Made by a program: the position numbers and the translations under genes | The notes under the pieces: model-generated | What the model saw: only the letters and a program-made list of their open reading frames with translations | Database searches by the model: none | Told to the model about the DNA's origin: nothing | In this document: positions 57,033 to 64,000 of the stretch, piece by piece | Numbering within the stretch: the stretch's first letter is position 1 | How the letters are laid out: the number at the start of each line of letters is the position of its first letter | From: Bacilli bacterium | Lineage (GTDB): Bacteria; Bacillota_I; Bacilli_A; RFN20; CAG-826 | DNA: 64,000 nucleotides | Assembly: GCA_045628045.1 (NCBI GenBank) | Contig: JAZQOV010000011.1 | Coordinates: 1 to 64,000 of the forward strand | Direction of reading: 5' to 3'

Positions 57033-58208
57033 ATGTATGACATTAATATAAAAGTTTGCGAAAATACTAAAGTTTTTATTTTTAATGGTCCTATCGACTC
57101 TAACGTTACAGACGAAATTAAAAATTTCGTTGAATCGAATTCTTCTGGCTCTGATAGCGTTATTTTTGATATGGAAAAAGTTCCATACATGTCTAGTGCA
57201 GGCCTTAGAGTAGTGCTTAAGACTGCTAAATCAGTAAAAGAATTTGAAGTTATCAATGCTTCTGTAGAGTTATATAACATTTTCGACATGGTTGGGTTTA
57301 CCCAAATGATCAAAATTAAGAAAGCCATGAGAGAAATTTCTATCGAAGGAAAAGAACTTATTGGAGAAGGTTATATGGGTAAAGTCTATAGACTTGATCC
57401 AGATACAATCATCAAAGTATTTAAAAGAACCTCTGATACTTCTGATATCGAAAGAGAAATTTCTTTGGCAAAGAAAGCATTCATTCTTGGAGTTCCTACC
57501 GCAATACCTTTTGACATAGTCAAAGTTAAAGAAGGTGGCTACGGTTCTGTATTTGAACTTCTTAAATCATCTTCATTTAATAAATTATTTATTAATCATC
57601 CTGAGAAGGAAGATGAATACATTAAGATGTACGTGAACATCATTAAGACAATTACTTCTATTGAGGCTAAAAACCCTAGTGAGTTCCCTCGTAAGATAAA
57701 TGATGCGTTAACTTGGGTAAATGGTCTTAAGGAAGCAAAAGCCTATGATGAAGCTACACTTGCTAAACTTGAAAAATTAGTTAACACAATTCCTGAGAGT
57801 TCGCACTTAATTCATGGTGATTGCCACATCAAAAATATTATGATGCAAGGTGATGAACCATTCCTTATTGATATGGACACTTTGGGTGTTGGGCACACCA
57901 TATTTGAGTTAACTGCAATATTCTTAACTTATATCGGATATCCTGATAAATTCCCAGGAAATGTCCAGGAATTCCTAGGTATTTCCGATGAAACCGCTAA
58001 GAAATTATTCTATTCAACAATTGATTCTTTATACGCAGATAAATCAAAAGAAGAAAGAAACACAATTGTTGAGAAATGTGCTTTGTTTGGTTATATGTGG
58101 TTAACATACAAGACATTATTATTTGAACCAGAAAATAAAGTAAGACTTGATAACGCAAAAGAGAAAGTTATGAGTCTTATTGATAAATACGACACACTTA
58201 ATTTTTAA
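57033..58208 (+). CDS. STAS domain fused to an APH/protein-kinase-like phosphotransferase
   Basis: STAS YMSSAGLRV; kinase IGEGYMGKVY, IIKVF, HGDCHIKN, IDMD. Confidence 0.85.
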   Translation: MYDINIKVCENTKVFIFNGPIDSNVTDEIKNFVESNSSGSDSVIFDMEKVPYMSSAGLRVVLKTAKSVKEFEVINASVELYNIFDMVGFTQMIKIKKAMREISIEGKELIGEGYMGKVYRLDPDTIIKVFKRTSDTSDIEREISLAKKAFILGVPTAIPFDIVKVKEGGYGSVFELLKSSSFNKLFINHPEKEDEYIKMYVNIIKTITSIEAKNPSEFPRKINDALTWVNGLKEAKAYDEATLAKLEKLVNTIPESSHLIHGDCHIKNIMMQGDEPFLIDMDTLGVGHTIFELTAIFLTYIGYPDKFPGNVQEFLGISDETAKKLFYSTIDSLYADKSKEERNTIVEKCALFGYMWLTYKTLLFEPENKVRLDNAKEKVMSLIDKYDTLNF

Positions 58209-58226
58209 TGAAAGAAGGACACGAAA

Positions 58227-58523
58227 ATGGAAATAAACAAACTTGTAGAGAAAGACACTCTCACACTTGCTATTGAAGGAAGACTTGATACTTTAACATC
58301 TCCAACCCTTCAAGAAACAATTAATTCATCACTTGAAGGCATTGTTCATTTAGTAATTGATCTAAAGAAAGTTGTCTATATTTCGAGTGCCGGATTAAGA
58401 GTAATTTTAAGTGCACAAAAATTAATGAATACGAAAGGTGATATGGTTGTAAAAAATTGTTCAGCTGAAGTCCTTGAAGTTTTTGAAATGACAGGATTTA
58501 CTGAGATTTTAACGATAAAATAA
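58227..58523 (+). CDS. STAS anti-sigma factor antagonist (RsbV/SpoIIAA-like)
   Basis: EGRLDTLTSP, YISSAGLRV, VFEMTGF. Confidence 0.9.
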   Translation: MEINKLVEKDTLTLAIEGRLDTLTSPTLQETINSSLEGIVHLVIDLKKVVYISSAGLRVILSAQKLMNTKGDMVVKNCSAEVLEVFEMTGFTEILTIK

Positions 58524-58524
58524 T

Positions 58525-61395
58525 ATGGAATTCCTGGATATTTTTAAATTTATAATAGCTGCAATCATTCCAATTCTTTTAAGCGTTGGCTGTATTTATC
58601 TTGAGAAAACAAGAAGATTTTCTAAGTTAAACAAATACGTTAAAGCTTTAATATTTGGAGTTATTTTTGGCATCAGTTCAATTAGTGGAACTTTACTTGG
58701 TTTAAAACTACCAAATGGCGCAATCATCAACGTGCGTGATGCCTCTCCTATTATATGTGGTCTTCTTTTTGGTGGACCATCAGGAATTTTGGCTGGCTTA
58801 ATTGGCGGCGGCTTTAGAGCACTTACTCCTCTTTGGGAACCATCGACAGCTTACACAGTTGTTGCATGTTCTATTTCAACCGCAATGGCTGGTGTATTTA
58901 CTGTGTTTGTTAGACATTTCATCTTTGATGATAAAAAAGGTACTTGGTACTATGGATTCTTCCTTGGCGTATTAGTTGAAGACTTCCATATGATGATGTC
59001 TGTGCTTACACACACAGAAGATATTGTTAAGGTTTATAACTCAGTTATAAAAGTATGTACAGTTCCAATGGTATTAGCAAATTCATTAGCGGTAATGATT
59101 GCAATTATTATTGTTAATTTAATAAATCACGAGAAAATATTTGAAAAAGAAGTCAGAACTCATATTTCTACAAAGGTTCAGGTTTCTTTGATTCTTTCTC
59201 TTGTTGTTTCTTATGTTGCAACTGCGTTATTTACGAATATGTCTGTTAATAAAGTTGTTCAAACAAATATTAAAGGTCAATGTGAAAACGCTATAAGCGA
59301 TGTTATTAATAATGTTGATGACACAATCAACAATGTTATGAGTGACAAACTTGATGAAGTCGCAATAAAACTTCTTGATGAAGTAAAACCATTAGAAAAA
59401 GATAGGCTTTTACGTAAAGAAGCATTAGTAAGTATTCTTAATGATTTCTCTGGTGAGATTTCTGAAATCAATATTGTTGGCACTGATGGTTTTGTTCATT
59501 ATTCCACAGATCAATACGATTTTATGGAAGACGGAAGTGGACCATTTAACATGGAAATTGGTGACCAATCAAGAGAATTTAATGTCTTACTTAAAGAAGG
59601 CGAAACAAACTATTTTATCCAGGAATTCCGCGAGATTTCTGCGTATGATGGCGGAAAATCAATGAAATATGCTGGCTATAGATTTGATGCTGAAGACATT
59701 GAATCAGACTTCTGTTATTTCCAAATTGGTTTAGATGCTGCAAGGTATCACGAACTACTTCAAGACTATGTTGATGAATGTGCTAAATTTAGACACATTG
59801 GTGAAGAAGGATTCGTTGTAGTTAGCGATGAAAATGGTGCAATTGTTTCAACAATCGTTGATTGTCCATTTACTGAAACAATTGATGTAAATAAGTTCCT
59901 AAACGATGGTTACGATAAATATTACACTTACTCTAAATTTGTTGAAGGTTACTACATTGTTGCTTTTGCAGGCGCTGAAGAAAGTGATTTAGCATCCGTA
60001 ATTTCATTCACTGCAATTTCTCTTGCTGAAGTTTTTGTTTATTTGCTTTTATATTGCGTTTTATATATAGCAGTTAAACGTAGAATCGTTGATAAAATTA
60101 AAACTATAGGCTTAAGCCTAAATGAAATTTCTTCAGGAAACTTAGATGTTGTTGTTAATCAAAGAGACAGTTATGAATTTGATTCATTAAGTAACGACAT
60201 TAATAAAACTGTTGGAACTCTTAAAGAGTTCATTGCGAAAGAAGCTAATAAGAATGCTGAAGAGTTAGCATTTGCTAAAAACATTCAATATTCTGTTCTT
60301 CCAACCGCTTTCCCAATGAATGATAGATTTGAAATTTATGCTTCTATGTCAACCGCCAAGACTGTTGGTGGTGACTTCTATGATTTCTATTTTATAGATA
60401 GAGAGCATGTATTAATTGAAATCGCTGATGTTAGTGGAAAAGGTATTCCTGCCGCTATGTTCATGATGAGAGCAAAATCTGTTCTTAAATCACTTATAGA
60501 ATCAGGTATTGGAATTGAAAATGCCTTTATTGAAGCAAATAGAAAACTTTGTCAAGGTAATGATACTCAAACATTTATTACGGTTTGGGGTGGAATTATC
60601 GATTTAACTACAGGACATGTTGACTTTGTCAACGCTGGTCATAATCCTCCAATTATTTGTAGAGATGGCAAATTTGAGTACTTACATAGTAAACCAGGCT
60701 TTGTTTTAGCAGGTTTAGAAGGATTTAAATACGTTAAGCAAAGCTTTGACATTAAGCCAGGTGATATGATTTATCTTTATACTGATGGTGTTACTGAAGC
60801 TAATAACGAAAAACATGAACTTTATGGAGAAGAAAGACTTCTTAAAGCAATTGGAGATAAAACATATACTTCTAAATCTATTTGTGAAACTGTCTCAAAG
60901 AGTTTGAAGAAGTTTGTGAATGATGCAGAACAATCTGATGATATTACAATGCTCGCATTTAAATTCTATGATGTTGAGCTCGCTAATATTAAAGTTGTGG
61001 ATGCAGACTTAAAGAATTTACCAGAAATCATAGATTATATCGATGATTTGCTTGATAAAAATAACGCCACATTATCTGCAAAATCACAAATCGATGTAGC
61101 AGTGGATGAGATATTCTCAAATATCGCATTCTACGCTTATCCAGAAGGCCAAGTTGGTAAGGTCAAAGTTTCAGTCATTATGTCTAAAGACAATGAAGAA
61201 ATGACCATTATCTTTGAAGATAAAGGAAAAACATATAACCCACTTGAGAAAGAAGATCCAGATACTTCACTATCTCTAGAAGAGAAGTCTATTGGTGGAC
61301 TAGGTATATTTATTGTTAAAAAGACAATGGATTCATTAGAATACGATAACGTTAATGGTCATAACGTATTAACCCTCAGAAAGAAGATTCATTAG
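58525..61395 (+). CDS. Membrane sensor: LytS-type 5TM + extracellular domain + HAMP + SpoIIE/PP2C phosphatase + RsbW-like HATPase
   Basis: IINVRD..GGP.SG.LAGLIGGGFR; VGGDFYD, IADVSGKG, NAGHNPP, YTDGVTEA, QSDDIT; DEIFSNIAFYAY, DKGKTYNP, GGLGIF. Confidence 0.9.
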   Translation: MEFLDIFKFIIAAIIPILLSVGCIYLEKTRRFSKLNKYVKALIFGVIFGISSISGTLLGLKLPNGAIINVRDASPIICGLLFGGPSGILAGLIGGGFRALTPLWEPSTAYTVVACSISTAMAGVFTVFVRHFIFDDKKGTWYYGFFLGVLVEDFHMMMSVLTHTEDIVKVYNSVIKVCTVPMVLANSLAVMIAIIIVNLINHEKIFEKEVRTHISTKVQVSLILSLVVSYVATALFTNMSVNKVVQTNIKGQCENAISDVINNVDDTINNVMSDKLDEVAIKLLDEVKPLEKDRLLRKEALVSILNDFSGEISEINIVGTDGFVHYSTDQYDFMEDGSGPFNMEIGDQSREFNVLLKEGETNYFIQEFREISAYDGGKSMKYAGYRFDAEDIESDFCYFQIGLDAARYHELLQDYVDECAKFRHIGEEGFVVVSDENGAIVSTIVDCPFTETIDVNKFLNDGYDKYYTYSKFVEGYYIVAFAGAEESDLASVISFTAISLAEVFVYLLLYCVLYIAVKRRIVDKIKTIGLSLNEISSGNLDVVVNQRDSYEFDSLSNDINKTVGTLKEFIAKEANKNAEELAFAKNIQYSVLPTAFPMNDRFEIYASMSTAKTVGGDFYDFYFIDREHVLIEIADVSGKGIPAAMFMMRAKSVLKSLIESGIGIENAFIEANRKLCQGNDTQTFITVWGGIIDLTTGHVDFVNAGHNPPIICRDGKFEYLHSKPGFVLAGLEGFKYVKQSFDIKPGDMIYLYTDGVTEANNEKHELYGEERLLKAIGDKTYTSKSICETVSKSLKKFVNDAEQSDDITMLAFKFYDVELANIKVVDADLKNLPEIIDYIDDLLDKNNATLSAKSQIDVAVDEIFSNIAFYAYPEGQVGKVKVSVIMSKDNEEMTIIFEDKGKTYNPLEKEDPDTSLSLEEKSIGGLGIFIVKKTMDSLEYDNVNGHNVLTLRKKIH

Positions 61396-61404
61396 GTAGA
61401 AATT

Positions 61405-62235
61405 ATGTCAATTGCAGATAAGATTTTTGTAGAAAATATGAAAGACATTCTTAAGAATGGTTTTTCAGATGAAAAGTTAGAAGTTAGACCTCATTGGGAA
61501 GATGGAACTCCTGCTCACACGATTAAAAAGTTCTGTATTGTGAATAGATACAATCTTCAAGAGGAGCTTCCAATTCTCACAATAAGAAAAACCGCTTTTA
61601 AGTCATGTCTTGATGAACTTCTTTGGATTTGGCAAAAGAAATCAAACAATATTCATGATTTAAAATCACATATTTGGGATTCTTGGGCTGATGAAAATGG
61701 TTCGATAGGCAAAGCCTATGGTTATCAACTTGGAGTCAAACATCATTATCCTGAAGGAGACATGGATCAAGTTGATAGAGTTCTTTATGATTTAAAACAT
61801 AATCCTCAATCAAGAAGAATCTTAACAAATATCTATAATTTCCAAGATCTTCATGAAATGAATCTTTATCCATGCGCTTACTCAATGACATTTAATGTCA
61901 CTGGTGACACATTAAATGGAATTTTAAATCAACGTTCTAACGATATGTTAACAGCGAATAACTGGAATGTTTTGCAATATTCATTATTGTTAATAATGTT
62001 CGCGCAAGTTTCAGGTTTAAAACCAGGAACTCTAGTTCATGTAATCGCTGATGCTCATATTTATGACCGCCATGTTGAGCTTGTTAAAAAGGTAATTGAA
62101 AAACCTCAACATAAAGCTCCTAAATTATGGGTTAATCCAGAGATCAAAAACTTCTATGATTTTAAAGTTGAAGACTTCAAACTTATTGATTATGAATATG
62201 AAACTTTAGAAGAAAAAATACCGGTGGCAATTTAG
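61405..62235 (+). CDS. thyA: Thymidylate synthase
   Basis: ELLW, IWDSWADENG, LYPC, QRSND, DAHIYDRH. Confidence 0.95.
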   Translation: MSIADKIFVENMKDILKNGFSDEKLEVRPHWEDGTPAHTIKKFCIVNRYNLQEELPILTIRKTAFKSCLDELLWIWQKKSNNIHDLKSHIWDSWADENGSIGKAYGYQLGVKHHYPEGDMDQVDRVLYDLKHNPQSRRILTNIYNFQDLHEMNLYPCAYSMTFNVTGDTLNGILNQRSNDMLTANNWNVLQYSLLLIMFAQVSGLKPGTLVHVIADAHIYDRHVELVKKVIEKPQHKAPKLWVNPEIKNFYDFKVEDFKLIDYEYETLEEKIPVAI

Positions 62236-62236
62236 T

Positions 62237-62731
62237 ATGATTATTTCAATTTTAAGTGTTGACAAAAACTATGGAATTGGGAAAAATAATTCCCTTCTTT
62301 TCCATCTAAAAAAAGACATGGAATTCTTCAGAAAGACAACTGAAGGTCATATGGTTTTTATGGGTGAAAATACTTTACTTTCTTTCCCTGGAAGTAAGCC
62401 ACTTAAAAATAGAATCAATGTAGTTCTTAGCAAAGACAAAACTCACAATTACGAAGGTTGTAAGAATGTTCACAATTTCCGAAAATTCACGAGAATTCTC
62501 AGGAAAAATGGCAGAAAACACGATGTTTTTGTAATTGGTGGAGCGTCTATTTATATGCAAACACTTCCTATAGTGGATATGGTATTATTAACCAAAGTTG
62601 ATGCTGATGGACACGCTGATGTCTTCTTTGATAATTTAGATAAAAATCCATCTTTTGAATGTGTTGATCAAGGCACACCAATTATGGATGGAGATTACAA
62701 AATTAGATTCACAACTTATATTCGAAAATAA
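62237..62731 (+). CDS. folA: Dihydrofolate reductase
   Basis: GIGKNN, DMEFFR, MGENT, PLKNRINVVLS, VIGGASIY; follows thyA. Confidence 0.95.
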   Translation: MIISILSVDKNYGIGKNNSLLFHLKKDMEFFRKTTEGHMVFMGENTLLSFPGSKPLKNRINVVLSKDKTHNYEGCKNVHNFRKFTRILRKNGRKHDVFVIGGASIYMQTLPIVDMVLLTKVDADGHADVFFDNLDKNPSFECVDQGTPIMDGDYKIRFTTYIRK

Positions 62732-62779
62732 TCTTTAGTATTGTATTGCAATTTAACGAGAATTATTTGTAATATTGTT

Positions 62780-62836
62780 ATCAGGCGAGATGGGTCTGAC
62801 AAAAGGAAAGAGATTGGCTGCTACCAATCTCTTTTT
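62780..62836 (+). ncRNA. Putative antitoxin small RNA, variant/orphan copy
   Basis: TTGCAA(62746)-18-TAATAT(62770); UCAG..CUGA hairpin, then terminator aaagagattgg-ctgcta-ccaatctcttttt. Confidence 0.6.
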
Positions 62837-62922
62837 CATACTTTGGAATACAGACTGTAGAATTAATCATGAATTTTGCAAAAATGCATTGAAATAATTA
62901 TGAATTTAGATATAATAATAGT

Positions 62923-62977
62923 ATCAGGCGTGGGATCTGACAAAAGGAAAGAGATTGGTTGCATCCAATCTCTTTTT
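62923..62977 (+). ncRNA. Putative cognate antitoxin small RNA of a type I TA locus
   Basis: TTGAAA(62889)-16-TATAAT(62911); 5' UCAGGCGUGGG; bidirectional terminator aaagagattgg-ttgcat-ccaatctcttt. Confidence 0.7.
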
Positions 62978-63011
62978 CATAGTTTGGAATACAGGCGTGG
63001 GTTTCTAACCC

Positions 63012-63077
63012 TTAATCATTGATTTTAATAATCAGTAAAATAAGAGCTAGAATAAGAAGGTACTCCACTAAGGACAT
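63012..63077 (-). CDS. Small hydrophobic peptide, putative type I toxin MSLVEYLLILALILLIIKIND (or 18 aa from GTG 63068)
   Basis: GGGAAGGGAGG SD; single TM-like run; convergent with the small RNA; structured 5' UTR. Confidence 0.7.
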   Translation of the reverse strand: MSLVEYLLILALILLIIKIND

Positions 63078-63357
63078 CCTCCCTTCCCAAACGCCTGAAT
63101 GCAAACTCCGACGTTCGAAGACCGCCATCATATTCCTTTCTATGAAGTCAAATGAATTATTGACCCCACACTAACTAATTAGAGAAAAATAAGCAAAACT
63201 GCTAAAAAATATTTTTAATATATTAATATATTACAATTTAGCACTTTTTCTGAGACTCAAAAAAGTACGGAAAAAAACTTGCTTTTATACTTAAAAAGGA
63301 ATAATTTAACATAAATGTTTAATTACATTGCTTTACTCTAGAAAAGAGGTAGAAGTT

Positions 63358-64000
63358 ATGAAGAAAAGTAGATTTTATACTTTATTAGCTCTATCAAGTA
63401 TCCTTACTTTAGGAACTGCTTTTGCAGCCACCTCAATTAATGATGAAACTAATAGAAACCAAGGCATTAACGAATTAAATGCAGAGTCTTTGTCAGAGGA
63501 TAAACTTTATGTTGCTCCTGCTGCAGTTTCTCCATATACATACACTACTTCTCCAACTAATGAACCGTGGTATAAAAATAGCCACGAATACCATTCTACA
63601 GCAACTGGATCAGATGGGTTTGATTATCAAAGAAACCAAAAAACTACAATGTATGATTTCATGAATGTTTCTGAAACATGGAACTCATATCGTGGTGAAA
63701 ATGTTAAAGTAGCCGTTATTGACACAGGTTGTTATACATCACATGAAGACTTTAACGGCACAAATATAAAAACAATCTCTAAAAACATGGTGTCAGGAAC
63801 AACTGGATTATCAGCTGTAAATGATGCTCATGGACATGGAACAACTTCTGCAGCAACAATTGCGGCCGCTGTTAATGGTAAAGGCGGCACCGGAATTGCA
63901 CCAAATGTAGAATTAATAGTTTTGAAATGCGTTGATGCTAACAATGCTTTTAGTAATACTGCAATTAACAATGCTCTTCAATATTGTATTGATAATGATG
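63358..64000 (+). CDS. Secreted S8 subtilase (runs off the window end; absent from the ORF track)
   Basis: GAGG SD, signal peptide, VAVIDTG (Asp), HGHGT (His), GIAPNVELIVLK. Confidence 0.9.
   Translation, partial: MKKSRFYTLLALSSILTLGTAFAATSINDETNRNQGINELNAESLSEDKLYVAPAAVSPYTYTTSPTNEPWYKNSHEYHSTATGSDGFDYQRNQKTTMYDFMNVSETWNSYRGENVKVAVIDTGCYTSHEDFNGTNIKTISKNMVSGTTGLSAVNDAHGHGTTSAATIAAAVNGKGGTGIAPNVELIVLKCVDANNAFSNTAINNALQYCIDND

Noticed and set aside
2067-63664. Numerous 60-170 aa antisense or off-frame ORFs in the track, including 63479-63664
   Set aside because: They lie within longer well-supported genes and lack SDs or motifs; shadow ORFs
1-64000. tRNA/rRNA genes, prophage, or UGA-to-Trp recoding
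   Set aside because: No cloverleaf, rRNA or phage structural signatures seen; long genes use TGG for Trp, and TGA ends genes cleanly (e.g. 25205, 28320, 36214)

Overview
Low-GC (roughly one third G+C by eye) bacterial chromosome segment in the standard genetic code. Gene content suggests a host-associated, reduced-genome member of Bacilli (RF39/RFN20/Erysipelotrichales-like); this is inference only. From left to right: the right end of an IS3 element; a lipid-uptake block (PAP2, TetR, FakB/DegV, FakA); a YwaF-like/ABC/Ig-repeat surface operon; a MacB-like ABC fusion; rlmD; then an ~12 kb accessory region starting at the rlmD 3' end. That region holds a duplicated rlmD tail, two Fic genes, a BspA-like protein, a chimeric-antitoxin/YafQ pair, a Phd/RelE pair with a dead toxin, a DUF2779 nuclease, and a promoter-repeat/small-RNA cluster with a P4-less SAM riboswitch. 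It is followed by large repeat surface proteins, an acyl-CoA synthetase and three SGNH-family paralogues, a yhcG gene cleanly split by a tnpB-only IS605 element, a STAS/kinase/PP2C partner-switching module, thyA-folA, an unannotated type I toxin-antitoxin locus, and the start of a subtilase. The most unusual signal is at 21.5-22.4 kb. A MazF/PemK-like ORF with no protein antitoxin has a convergent antisense small RNA over its 3' end, next to extra orphan small RNAs that each have their own promoter. The same pattern, an intact RNA-antitoxin locus plus a stacked variant antitoxin copy, recurs independently at 62.7-63.1 kb. No database searches were run; family calls come from motif recognition.
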